The notes under the pieces: generated by a model
The model's input: the letters and a program-made list of their open reading frames with translations, nothing else
What the model was told of the DNA's origin: nothing
The model's database searches: none
Part shown: positions 10,181 through 19,215 of the stretch, in pieces
Position numbering within the stretch: position 1 is the first letter of the stretch
How the letters are laid out: every line of letters begins with the position of its first letter
Program-made: the position numbers and the translations under genes
NCBI GenBank assembly: GCA_046290225.1
Contig: JBKAGE010000051.1
Span: 12,636-76,635 of the forward strand
Direction of reading: 5' to 3'
Source: Bradymonadia bacterium
GTDB lineage: Bacteria; Myxococcota_A; Bradymonadia; UBA7976; UBA1532
Length of the DNA stretch: 64,000 nt

Positions 10181-10921
10181 GTGAGGCACATACTGAGCCT
10201 CTTGGCTCTCGTGGTCTGCATGACCACGAGCGCGCTCGCTGCAGACCATTTCGACGGCCCACAGACCAGTGATGATCCGGTCGGTGACATCGCCGACTTC
10301 TATGTGTTCCCTGTCGAAGACGGCAAAGGGGGCACGCGGCTGGTCCTCATGCTCAACACCTTCCCTCGGGCAGGCAAAGAGGCGTGGTTCTCCGATGCCA
10401 TCACCTATGGATTTCGGCTGAGGCCCAGCTGGCTCGAGAAGACCGACATCGGGGTGGCCACGAAGGTGAGCGACCGGGAGTTCCGGCTCGCATGCAACTT
10501 CGACATCGACACCGCGGACACCGAGAAGCTGGCGATGCTCGCCACGTGCACGCTGAGCGAAGGTGATCGGCTGGTCGCAGTGAGCACCGTGCCTGTTGAT
10601 GCGCTCGGCGGTGGCGAGGCGCCCTCGTTCAAGGTCTTCGCCGGTCTACGTGCCGATCCGTTCTTCACTGATGCCATCCGCATCCGTTTGCCCCGACCCC
10701 GCCATGACAGCCTGAGCCGTCTCATCTCTACGGGGAACAGCATGCGTCCGGCGTACTCCGCCGTGGGCGTGAATGCTGGTGGGCCCCGCTCCACCCGTCG
10801 CGAGGTGCCCAACGTGCTCAGCATCGTGGTGGATCTCGACGTCAAGGCCCTGCTCGGTGACGCCGGCCCCACCTTCGCCGTCGTGGCCGAGACCCGCCGT
10901 CGTGAAAGGGGAGTTCAGTGA
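10181..10921 (+). CDS. DUF4331-family protein, N-terminal half
   Basis: GTG after GGAGG; signal peptide followed by ADHFDGP, DIADFYVF, VFAGLRADPFF, NVLSIVV. Confidence 0.75.
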   Translation: MRHILSLLALVVCMTTSALAADHFDGPQTSDDPVGDIADFYVFPVEDGKGGTRLVLMLNTFPRAGKEAWFSDAITYGFRLRPSWLEKTDIGVATKVSDREFRLACNFDIDTADTEKLAMLATCTLSEGDRLVAVSTVPVDALGGGEAPSFKVFAGLRADPFFTDAIRIRLPRPRHDSLSRLISTGNSMRPAYSAVGVNAGGPRSTRREVPNVLSIVVDLDVKALLGDAGPTFAVVAETRRRERGVQ

Positions 10922-11718
10922 AAGCTGTGCGTTTCATGGTGTGTGCCCTGGCCCTCTGGGGCTGCGGTGAGTCCTCCTCTACAGACGGCGCTCAGGGTCT
11001 TGTGCCTCAGAGCCCCGAGTCGGAGACACCTCCTGATGGCAAGGCTGACGGGGTGCCAGACGAGACACCGGACGACTTCGCGCCGTTGCCCTCGACGCAG
11101 ATCGATCGCATGGGCCACGTAGAGGTGGGCCCGCTGATTCTGAAAGAGCCCGACATCGCCGATCGTTGGAATCAGGCAGAGCCCTTCGCCCTCGATCTTT
11201 CGGAGACCGACGCAAAAGAGTTCGAGGAGGCCCTGCGCTGGGGCCTGATCCGGTACGACCACTACGACTCGTACCCATTGAGCGTCTTCGATCTGCGCCT
11301 CGATTTGCTGAAGGTGCTCGGCGAGCAGCGCGATCAGGAGATCCCCGATCCGGAGGTGCTCGACTGGTTCGACGATCTCGAGCAGCCTCACCCCCTGACC
11401 GAGGTCTACATGACCGACGCGTTGTTCGTAGACGTGTCGAAGCCTTGTCCTGCAGATGGTGGCTATCTGGAGCCAGAGCTGGCCACCCTGGTGGGTCAGC
11501 CCTACGAAACCTGCGGCGGCCGGCACCCGAACGAAGACGTGATCGATGTCTTCGCGACGGTGCTCATCAATGGCATCTGGGAGAGAGAGACCGAGGATCG
11601 GGGGGATGATCCCTATCCGCATCGGGGAGATACGGTCACCGAGCCTTATGCGCCGGCGAAGGCTGAGTTCCCATATCTCGCGGAACCCTATGATGGCTGG
11701 GAAGACGGCCTGTTCTAG
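10918..11718 (+). CDS. DUF4331-family C-terminal-half lipoprotein
   Basis: Lipobox LWGC; GKADG; QIDRMG, GGRHPNEDVID, FPYLAEP. Confidence 0.7.
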   Translation: MKAVRFMVCALALWGCGESSSTDGAQGLVPQSPESETPPDGKADGVPDETPDDFAPLPSTQIDRMGHVEVGPLILKEPDIADRWNQAEPFALDLSETDAKEFEEALRWGLIRYDHYDSYPLSVFDLRLDLLKVLGEQRDQEIPDPEVLDWFDDLEQPHPLTEVYMTDALFVDVSKPCPADGGYLEPELATLVGQPYETCGGRHPNEDVIDVFATVLINGIWERETEDRGDDPYPHRGDTVTEPYAPAKAEFPYLAEPYDGWEDGLF

Positions 11719-11739
11719 CTCCGCCGCTACGGCGGCGTC

Positions 11740-13494
11740 TCAGCGGTTGTGGTAGATGGTGCCGGCGAACCAGGTGTCGGCGGGGATCCAGCCGTCACCG
11801 TTGCCACCCCAGCCCTTGTTGATGTGGAACTCGTAGCGGGTCTCCACATCGTTCCAGCACCAGAAGAAGCAGCGGCGGACCGTGCGGGTCTGAATCCGGT
11901 ACTTCCACGCCATCGGGTAGTGGGCCGAGGCGACGAAGCCCGTGCCGATGATGCTCGGGGTCTTGTTGTGGATGATGTGACCGGCGGCGATGCGGCGGAT
12001 GCGATCCTCAGAGATGGTGAGCGCGTTGTAATCAGTGCTCAGCGTGGTCCCCGTACGGCCGGTCAAGTAGCGCCAGGCCTTGTGCATGTCCCAGGGGTTC
12101 GTCGCCGCCTGGTTGTTGATCACACAGTACGTGCCCATATGACGGGCGAGCTCCGAGTGCATCTGGCGCACGCCGTACTCGTTGTTTTCAGGCGCCACGG
12201 CGTCTGCACCGCGACCACCGTTCTTACGGTAGAGCCCCCAGCGGCCGGACCATTTGTAGTGTCCGTCAGCGGCCTTCTTGTCACCCCAACCAAAGAGCAT
12301 GCCCCAGGCCACTGAGCCACAGCCGATGTAACAGTTGGCCGCCATGTGTTGATTATAGTGGCGCTGATCGTCAGATCGGCCCGCGGCCCACTCTGCAGTC
12401 GTGCGCCACTGATTGATGCCCATCTCGGCGAGATCCTCTTCGGTCACGGGCCGGGTGAAGAGCAGCTGGCGCGTCGAGCCCTGGTTGTGGTGGATCATGA
12501 TCTCGATGTCGAGCTCTTCCTCGGTGAGCTCCACCAGGGTGATGTCGAGGCGACGACCACCAGGGCCCTCGACCTCTTCGACCTGCACCACATCGAGGCC
12601 CGGGCCGTCGATCTCATACTCCGCGCCGTCGACCAGGGGCACCACGAAGACCTCACCCGCCTTCACACCCTCGCCGTAGTCTGCCACCAGATCTTCTACC
12701 TCCCACTCGTGGGCGGCGTTGTCCCGCAGAGCCTCAAGAGGTGCAGCGAACATCTCGGCGTACTCCGCCTTGAGATCCTCGAACCGCTCGAAGGGCTCGA
12801 TGACCAGGCTCTGAGGATCTTCGCCCTCTGAGGTCAACTCGAAGCGCACACCATCCTCGGCGTCAGGATCAGAGGCCACCGGCTCGGCGCGGTGATGGAC
12901 AAGGTTGGCTTCAGAGTCATGGTCGAGGCCGTACTGGCGCTGGGGCAGGTTGCCCAGCTGAGCCACGACCTCACCCTCTACGCCCTCGGCGGCATAGGAG
13001 AGTACGTCGAGCTTGTAGAGTCGGGTGATGGCACCCTCGGCGCGCGCTGTCAGCTGGCGGCCCATGGCTTCGCCCTCGGCGCTCCAGTGGGCCACGGGAT
13101 GATCGTGGCGCCCGGTGGAGACGAGCACGAAGCCTGAGGGCTCACCCTCACGGAGCACCTCGAACTCGTAGTAGGCCGGCCCTTCGACATCGGGGCGGAA
13201 GTAGACGAAGGCCTTTTCACCGAGGCGCGCCCCCTCAAACTCGCCGAGTTGCCGGCGCTGCTCCACGAGGGTGGCTGCCCGCGCCCTCAGCCCATAAGGC
13301 ACCGACTCTGCTGCGATGACCGTCTCGTCGGCCCGCAGCACATTGCGCACGGCGTGCACCTCGGCGAGCTCACCCTCACCTTCGATCTCACCACAGCCTG
13401 TGAGGGTGGCGGTGAAGCTCGAAGACAGGGCGACGGCGAGGGTGACGTGCTTGAGCCAGCGGCGGGCGGACAGACGGGTACGGGTGCTCCACAT
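11740..13494 (-). CDS. Lipoprotein with papain-like (C10/streptopain-like) cysteine peptidase domain
   Basis: Lipobox LTGC; prodomain-like YYEFE..GFVLVSTG; catalytic-like GCGSVAW, AHY, HINKGWGG. Confidence 0.7.
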   Translation of the reverse strand: MWSTRTRLSARRWLKHVTLAVALSSSFTATLTGCGEIEGEGELAEVHAVRNVLRADETVIAAESVPYGLRARAATLVEQRRQLGEFEGARLGEKAFVYFRPDVEGPAYYEFEVLREGEPSGFVLVSTGRHDHPVAHWSAEGEAMGRQLTARAEGAITRLYKLDVLSYAAEGVEGEVVAQLGNLPQRQYGLDHDSEANLVHHRAEPVASDPDAEDGVRFELTSEGEDPQSLVIEPFERFEDLKAEYAEMFAAPLEALRDNAAHEWEVEDLVADYGEGVKAGEVFVVPLVDGAEYEIDGPGLDVVQVEEVEGPGGRRLDITLVELTEEELDIEIMIHHNQGSTRQLLFTRPVTEEDLAEMGINQWRTTAEWAAGRSDDQRHYNQHMAANCYIGCGSVAWGMLFGWGDKKAADGHYKWSGRWGLYRKNGGRGADAVAPENNEYGVRQMHSELARHMGTYCVINNQAATNPWDMHKAWRYLTGRTGTTLSTDYNALTISEDRIRRIAAGHIIHNKTPSIIGTGFVASAHYPMAWKYRIQTRTVRRCFFWCWNDVETRYEFHINKGWGGNGDGWIPADTWFAGTIYHNR

Positions 13495-13634
13495 AGGGGC
13501 CTCTCTTTCATCGAAGGTGAAGGGGTCGCCGGTCTCACCCGGCGTTCACTTCTCCCTACGCGAGAGCCCGCGCTGTCTTTTTTCGATGACGTAAAAAAAT
13601 CTCAACGAGGTGCTGAGAGGCCTCTCGTCACCCC

Positions 13635-14426
13635 TCAGGGGTGTGCCTTCTCGAGCAGCGCAATGCCGTCGATGAACGGCCGCAAACCGATGTAGCCGCT
13701 CAGTCTCCTGGTGGTGGCCAGGGTCTCGAGGACTGCGTGCCCGCCAGCGAGCCCGAAGTGAGCCTGTGGGAGTGATTGTGTAAAGGCGGTTTTACGAATG
13801 AGCGGGCTGAGCAGAGCCCAGGCATCTGATGCCTCGGTGAAGTTCGGGACGGGGAACCCATTCAACTGTGCGCTACAGGGCGTCTGCAGCACCACCCGAC
13901 CCCTGAGTGCCATTGGCTCGTCCATCGGGCGCCCAAGATACTGTCTGATCGTCAGCGCGCGCCCATGAATCGTGGTGTGAGCCACCACACAAAACAACTC
14001 GATGAACGGTGCATGGTTGGACAAGAAGTCGTCCATTGCTGATCGGGTGTCTTCGGGGTGCTCTACGTCGAGATCTTCGACGCTGATCGAAGGCGAGCTT
14101 GCCTCTGGCAGTTCTTTGGCGATCCGTTTCGAGAGCCAGAGAATGTGTGGCTCCACATCAAAGGGTTGAGCAAGCCAGTCTTCGCGTTTGGGTCTCCAAT
14201 TCTTCGACCGAAACAGTCCCCGCATGCCGAGGTAGAGCCCTGCGATGCCTGTGATCAAGGCCAGTATGGCCGCGACTGAGAAGACCGTCTTCATCCACAT
14301 GCTCATTTTGAACTCGAAGATCACGAGCACGGCGACGGGTAACGCGCTGACTGCGGTGATGGTGAGGTTGATGCGAGCGCTCCTGAGGAGCTGCGCCCGT
14401 GTCATGGTCTTGACGTCTGCAGGCAT
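13635..14426 (-). CDS. Hypothetical membrane protein with two N-terminal TM helices
   Basis: ORF 13635..14534; probable start 14426 because the upstream extension is repeat DNA; two hydrophobic segments. Confidence 0.55.
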   Translation of the reverse strand: MPADVKTMTRAQLLRSARINLTITAVSALPVAVLVIFEFKMSMWMKTVFSVAAILALITGIAGLYLGMRGLFRSKNWRPKREDWLAQPFDVEPHILWLSKRIAKELPEASSPSISVEDLDVEHPEDTRSAMDDFLSNHAPFIELFCVVAHTTIHGRALTIRQYLGRPMDEPMALRGRVVLQTPCSAQLNGFPVPNFTEASDAWALLSPLIRKTAFTQSLPQAHFGLAGGHAVLETLATTRRLSGYIGLRPFIDGIALLEKAHP

Positions 14427-14468
14427 CTGATATGGCCAATCACTCAAAAAGAGAGAGACCTTATACAA

Positions 14469-14505
14469 AACACCTCTCCCTACCCAACACCTCTCCTTAC
14501 CCAAC
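14469..14505. repeat. 17-bp tandem duplication AACACCTCTCC(C/T)TACCC x2
   Basis: Copies at 14469 and 14486 differ by one base. Confidence 0.75.
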
Positions 14506-14536
14506 CCCTTCAAAGCCGTAATCCACGTATGCACAT

Positions 14537-14706
14537 GCCCCGCGGAGGCGCGGAGGTGGTGGCAGTCGTCGTGAGGTCGGTGAGTTCTCGTTCAGATGCG
14601 GGCTTTCACCCGCAGGGGTAGCAGCGCTACCCCGAGGACGGAAAGGTCGTAGCTGGGCGGGAAATCGCCGGCGTCACGGCGGCTGGCGCCGCCGCAGCGC
14701 CGGAGC
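14537..14706 (+). repeat. Rod-like hairpin element, copy 2
   Basis: Arms pair with G.T: CAGTCGTCGTGA / TCACGGCGGCTG and TTCTCGTTCAG / CTGGGCGGGAA. Apical CCGCAG-GGGTAGC-agc-GCTACCC-CGAGGA (14610-14638). Confidence 0.8.
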
Positions 14707-14713
14707 TGACTGA

Positions 14714-17008
14714 TCAACGCGCCCGGAAGACCTGGCTTTCCCAGCCGAAGGAGGCGCCACCACCGGTGAAGATGGCGAGGCGGACCTGTACGGGGAGGAT
14801 GTACGACGCGGCGATGCCGTTGAGGCTGTTGCTGTTGATGCTGCTCTGACCGGTGACGATGGAGTTCGCCGCCGTCGTGTGCCAGAGGTAGTGCGCCGAT
14901 GCGGAGCCGCCCTGAGGCCACGAGCCGCTGCTGCCGCCGCACTGCCCGTCCTCACCGGGCGTCAGCAGGAACCACGTGCCGGCCTCGTTCTGGATGTAGA
15001 CCTCGTGGCCGCCGCCGCTGCCGTTCTGGAAGTTGCCGTTGTCGTCGTCCGAGGTGGTGGTCACCATGCGGGTGTCCACGCTCAGCTCGGTGAGCTGGGT
15101 GCGCAGAGCGCTGATCTCGGCGGCGCTGTACGTGGACCCGTTGGCGGGGTTTTCGTACGTCAGGGTCCGGTAGAGATCGTGGCTGCCGTTGGGGGAGCTG
15201 TCTGCAGAGACAGAGCCTTCGCTGATCCAGTCGTAGTGGGTTGCCGAGTCGTCGGCGCATTTCCGCCACGGGTTGCTGCTGTGATACTCGGCGACGATGA
15301 TGTCCTGACTCTCCGTTGTGGAGAGGCGCACCCAGCCGCCGCCGTCGGTGGTCATGTCGCAGTCGACGATGAAGGGATCGACGCCGCCGAGGCCATCAGG
15401 GTCGATGGTGTAGAGGCCGTCGCCGATATTGTCCACGTAGGCGTAAGGCTCTTCAGGGGGGTTGCGGTAGTCGGCGCAGCTGGCGGCGTAGGTGTTGTCC
15501 GCCCACTCCCGAGCGCCCGTGTCGATGTCGATGATGAGCCCGGTCTCGCAGTCCCCAGGCACGTTGGCTTGAGGCGCGAGATCAGCAGCAACGTTGACAC
15601 ACTCACCGACAGTGACGTTGCCGCAGACGCGGGTCTCGCAGGTCTCCACACCGAGCTCGACGCCGGCGCCGATGGTGCTGCCCTCGCCGATGGTGCTGTC
15701 GGGGAACACGATGACGTTGTCCTCGAAGGTCACGTCGTTGCCCACGTCGGCGCCGTCACGGATGAGCACGCCGGCGCCCACAGTGACGTCATTGCCATAG
15801 GTGCTGCGAGGCCACAGGCGGCTGTTGTCACCCATGTTGAAGCCGGTGCCGATGGTGACCTGCTCGTCGATGATGCAGTCGAGCCCCACAGTGGCGCCGT
15901 CACCAACGTTGCTGCGGAACAGGACCACGCTGTTGGCGCCAATGGTGCTGTTCGCCCCCACGGAGGCCCCGTCGTACACGGTCACGTTGCCCATCAGCTG
16001 GGTGTTGGCACCGATGTTCGAGAAGAGGCTGATGGTGGATCCGGTGTGCATGCGCGCGCCATCACCGACGATGCTCTGGTTGCCGGCGAAGGTGTTGTCG
16101 TCGAGGGTGACGTTGTTGCCCAGAGTACCGCGGACCTCGACGTTGGCGCCGAGGGTGACCATGTTGCCGGCGTTGGCTCCGGAGGCCAGCTGAGAGCCGG
16201 CGCCCATCATGAAGTCGTCGCCGATGGTGTTGTAGTTGTGCAGCGTGCTGTCGTTGCCGAGGGTGGCGCGGTGGCCAATGAGGCTGTTGGGTCCGATGAT
16301 CACCCGCTCGCCGGCGATGAAGTCGTCACCGGCGGTGGTGTTGCTGGCGATCTGAGTGCCGGTGCCGAGGGCGGCGCGATCCCCGATGATGGTGTTCGAG
16401 CCGATGTTGGTGTTGTCGGGTACGGTGCCGTCAGCCCCGATGCGCGCCAGGGCGCCGAGATCGACGTTGTTGCCGATGGCGGTGTCGTCGCCGATGACGA
16501 CGTTGTTGCCCACGGTGCTGTTGGCGCCGATGGTGACGCCACTGCCGAGCTGTACGCGGATGCCCACGGAGGTGCCTGCGCCGATGCCGACGTTGTCGCC
16601 GATGACGGCGGCGTTGCCCACAGAGGCACCGAGGCTCACGGTGCTGCCGGCGCCGATGGCGGCGGAGCTGCCCACGTTGCCATTGACCACGCTGCCCATG
16701 CCGATACGGGCGTTTGATCCCACGACGCCGGTGGCACCGATGATGGCGCCGAGCTCGACCTGAGCGCTGGCATCGATGGTGGCATCAGGGCTCACACAGT
16801 CATCGCCGAAGCCGTCGCCGTTGTTGTCCACCTGGTCGACGTTGGACACGGTGGGGCAGTTGTCGACATCATCACAGATGGTGTCGCCGTCTTCGTCTGC
16901 ACACTGGCCCTGTGCCCAAACGCTGGTGCTTACACACATCGTGGCCATGAACACACTTCGGCTCATCCATCGCTTCATCGGATTACCCATCGCTACGTTT
17001 GCCTCCAT
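14714..17008 (-). CDS. Secreted TSP3 + long left-handed beta-helix (hexapeptide) + fibrinogen-like head protein
   Basis: Signal peptide ending VWA; DEDGDTICDDVDNCP (TSP3); about 400 aa of [IVL]Gxxxx hexapeptides; YTIDPDG...CDMTTDGGGW. True start may be 16990 or 16978. Confidence 0.85.
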   Translation of the reverse strand: MEANVAMGNPMKRWMSRSVFMATMCVSTSVWAQGQCADEDGDTICDDVDNCPTVSNVDQVDNNGDGFGDDCVSPDATIDASAQVELGAIIGATGVVGSNARIGMGSVVNGNVGSSAAIGAGSTVSLGASVGNAAVIGDNVGIGAGTSVGIRVQLGSGVTIGANSTVGNNVVIGDDTAIGNNVDLGALARIGADGTVPDNTNIGSNTIIGDRAALGTGTQIASNTTAGDDFIAGERVIIGPNSLIGHRATLGNDSTLHNYNTIGDDFMMGAGSQLASGANAGNMVTLGANVEVRGTLGNNVTLDDNTFAGNQSIVGDGARMHTGSTISLFSNIGANTQLMGNVTVYDGASVGANSTIGANSVVLFRSNVGDGATVGLDCIIDEQVTIGTGFNMGDNSRLWPRSTYGNDVTVGAGVLIRDGADVGNDVTFEDNVIVFPDSTIGEGSTIGAGVELGVETCETRVCGNVTVGECVNVAADLAPQANVPGDCETGLIIDIDTGAREWADNTYAASCADYRNPPEEPYAYVDNIGDGLYTIDPDGLGGVDPFIVDCDMTTDGGGWVRLSTTESQDIIVAEYHSSNPWRKCADDSATHYDWISEGSVSADSSPNGSHDLYRTLTYENPANGSTYSAAEISALRTQLTELSVDTRMVTTTSDDDNGNFQNGSGGGHEVYIQNEAGTWFLLTPGEDGQCGGSSGSWPQGGSASAHYLWHTTAANSIVTGQSSINSNSLNGIAASYILPVQVRLAIFTGGGASFGWESQVFRAR

Positions 17009-17068
17009 TAGGTCTGATGTGTGTGAAGGTAGCTTATTTTGAGTGGGGGGAGAAGATGGGATTTTTTA

Positions 17069-17112
17069 AGAGAGTTTCGGGCACGGGCACGGGCACGGGC
17101 ACGGGCACGAGT
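17069..17112 (+). repeat. (CGGGCA)5 array with conserved flanks; G-quadruplex-type motif
   Basis: AGAGAGTTT-(CGGGCA)5-CGAGT; near-identical copy at 40005-40049. Confidence 0.9.
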
Positions 17113-17126
17113 TTTACGGATGTGGG

Positions 17127-17389
17127 CAGTGCAGCCTGAGGCTGCATGTCTTGGAGCGAGTGGAGGTTGGCGTAGCCGGCCGGAGGGAGCGGAAAGACAC
17201 CCGGAGGGCTGTCCACTGTTTGGCCTGACAGTGCAGCCTGAGGCTGCATGTCTTGGAGCGAGTGGAGGTTGGCGTAGCCGGCCGGAGGGAGCGGAAAGAC
17301 ACCCGGAGGGCTGTCCACTGTTTGGCCTGACAGTGCAGCCTGAGGCTGCATGTCTTGGAGCGAGTGGAGGGCGGCGCAGCCGGCTCTAC
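17127..17389. repeat. 102-bp tandem repeat (~2.5 copies) with REP-like palindrome
   Basis: Units start at 17127, 17229 and 17331; each contains TGCAGCCT-G-AGGCTGCA; the minus strand of the array end reads GTAGAGCCGGC. Confidence 0.9.
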
Positions 17390-17481
17390 TGAATGTTGTG
17401 TATCGCTCCAATGGGCTATCACTCAAACACCCAAAGTCGCCATCCAGAAAACAGAAACCCACATCAGGCCGAGCCCGCGGA

Positions 17482-17638
17482 GAGGCGGAGGCCCCGGTCG
17501 TGGTTGACTGCGGCGTGAGGCGTGGTGGCTGGGTGGTGATTCACCCGCAGGCGATGCTGGAAGCATCGTCGAGGAGGGAAGCGCCGGCCAGACGCCGCGC
17601 ACCGCGCCGCAGGCGACCGCGAACGGGGCCGGAGCCTC
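17482..17638 (+). repeat. Rod-like hairpin element, copy 3
   Basis: GGCCCCG / CGGGGCC, TCGTGGTTG / CGACCGCGA (G.T), CTGCGGCG / CGCCGCAG. Apical CCGCAG-GCGATGC-tggaa-GCATCGT-CGAGGA (17545-17575). Confidence 0.8.
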
Positions 17639-17646
17639 GGAGCCCA

Positions 17647-19215
17647 TCAATGCCGGAAGTGGCGTGCTCCCGTGAACACCATGGCCAGGCCCAGGCGGTT
17701 TGCGGCCTCGATCACCGCCTCGTCGCGGATCGAGCCACCGGGCTGGATGATGCTCGTCACACCTGCCGCCGCTGCGGCCTCTACCCCATCAGGGAAGGGG
17801 AAGAATGCGTCAGAGGCCAGGGCTGCACCTTGCGCCTGCTCGCCAGCGCGCTCTGCCGCGTGGCGGACTGCGTCCACCCGGTTTGTCTGGCCGCCGCCGA
17901 TGCCCACCGAGGCCATCACTCCGCCGCCGAGGGGGCGGGCGATCAGGATCGCGTTCGATTTCACATGGCGGACCGATTGCCAGGCGAAGGCCAGTGTCGC
18001 GTACTCAGATGCTTCTGGGGCGCGCTCGGTGACCACCTTCCAGGCGGCGCGATCGCTCGGGCGGTGATCCGCCTCTTGTACAAGCATACCGCCGGGGATC
18101 GCGCGGAGGTCGAAGCCGTCGAGGGGGCTTGGGCGACGGCCTTCCAGAGGGCGCATTACGCGGCAGTTCTTCTTCTTGCGGGCCAGCATCGCCAGGGCGC
18201 CTTCTGTGAACGAAGGCGCTGCGATCACCTCGACGAAGAGCTTGCCCACCGCCTCGATGAAAGACTCGTCCACCGGACGGTTCACGGCCACGATGGAGCC
18301 GAAGGCCGACACTGGATCACTTGCCAGAGCGCCCTTGAAGGCTGAGACCGTGTCCGGGCCCGTCGCCACGCCACAAGGGCTGTTGTGCTTCACGATGGCC
18401 ACCGCCGGGCCCTCGAAGCCGAAGGGGATCGGCCAGGTCGCGGCCAGATCGAGGGCGTTGTTGTAGCTTAGGGCTTTCTCGCCCTGCACCATCTCGAAGT
18501 ACGGCGTGCTCCCCGCCGGTCGGTACACCGCGCCGTGTTGGTGGGGGTTCTCGCCGTAGCGCAGGGTCTGCACCTGCTCGAGGGCTACATTGATCACTGG
18601 GGGCAGGCGTTCAGTTGTGTCCTCGGCCACCGTCGAAGCCATCCAGGTAGAGATCGCCGCATCGTAGGCCGCCGTGTGGCGGAACGCCTTCAGGGCCATC
18701 TTGCGGCGGAAGGCCACCGAGCGGTCATCGTTGGCCTCGAGGCGCAGAGTCGACAGCGCTGCGTCGTAATCTGCTGGATCACACAACACCGTCACTGACT
18801 CGAGGTTCTTCGCCGCGGCGCGCAGCAGGGTCACCCCACCGATGTCGATCTGCTCGATGGCCTCTGCCTCCGTCACACCTTCTCGAGCGATGGTGTCCGT
18901 GAAGGGATAGAGGTTGCAGACCACGAGATCGATGGGGGCGAGCCCGTAGCGCTCGAGCTCACCGAGGTGCTCTGGCGTGCGGCGGGCCAGCAGGCCTCCG
19001 TGGACCGCTGGGTGCAGTGTCTTTACCCGGCCACCGAGCATTGGGGGAAAGCCTGTGAGATCATCCACCGAGATCACGTCGAAGCCGGCGGCGGCGAGGG
19101 CCTTCGCCGTGCCCCCTGAGGCGATCAGCTCGAAGCCCAGCGCGTGCAGGCCGGCACCCAGGGTCTCGATGTCGGTTTTGTCGTAGAGGCTCAGTAGAGC
19201 GCGGCGAGCGGTCAT
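17647..19215 (-). CDS. purH: Bifunctional AICAR transformylase / IMP cyclohydrolase
   Basis: Start MTARRALLSLYDK overlaps the purN stop; GGRVKTLHP, IDIGG, LRYGENPHQ, KHNSPCG, ASDAFFPF, RHFRH. Confidence 0.97.
   Translation of the reverse strand: MTARRALLSLYDKTDIETLGAGLHALGFELIASGGTAKALAAAGFDVISVDDLTGFPPMLGGRVKTLHPAVHGGLLARRTPEHLGELERYGLAPIDLVVCNLYPFTDTIAREGVTEAEAIEQIDIGGVTLLRAAAKNLESVTVLCDPADYDAALSTLRLEANDDRSVAFRRKMALKAFRHTAAYDAAISTWMASTVAEDTTERLPPVINVALEQVQTLRYGENPHQHGAVYRPAGSTPYFEMVQGEKALSYNNALDLAATWPIPFGFEGPAVAIVKHNSPCGVATGPDTVSAFKGALASDPVSAFGSIVAVNRPVDESFIEAVGKLFVEVIAAPSFTEGALAMLARKKKNCRVMRPLEGRRPSPLDGFDLRAIPGGMLVQEADHRPSDRAAWKVVTERAPEASEYATLAFAWQSVRHVKSNAILIARPLGGGVMASVGIGGGQTNRVDAVRHAAERAGEQAQGAALASDAFFPFPDGVEAAAAAGVTSIIQPGGSIRDEAVIEAANRLGLAMVFTGARHFRH

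Noticed and set aside
17127..17389. CRISPR array
   Set aside because: The sequences between the palindromes are identical, not unique spacers, and there are no cas genes in the window.
17034..17462. Repeat-containing small ORFs
   Set aside because: They are translations of the 102-bp and 6-bp repeats, both multiples of 3, with no independent coding signal.
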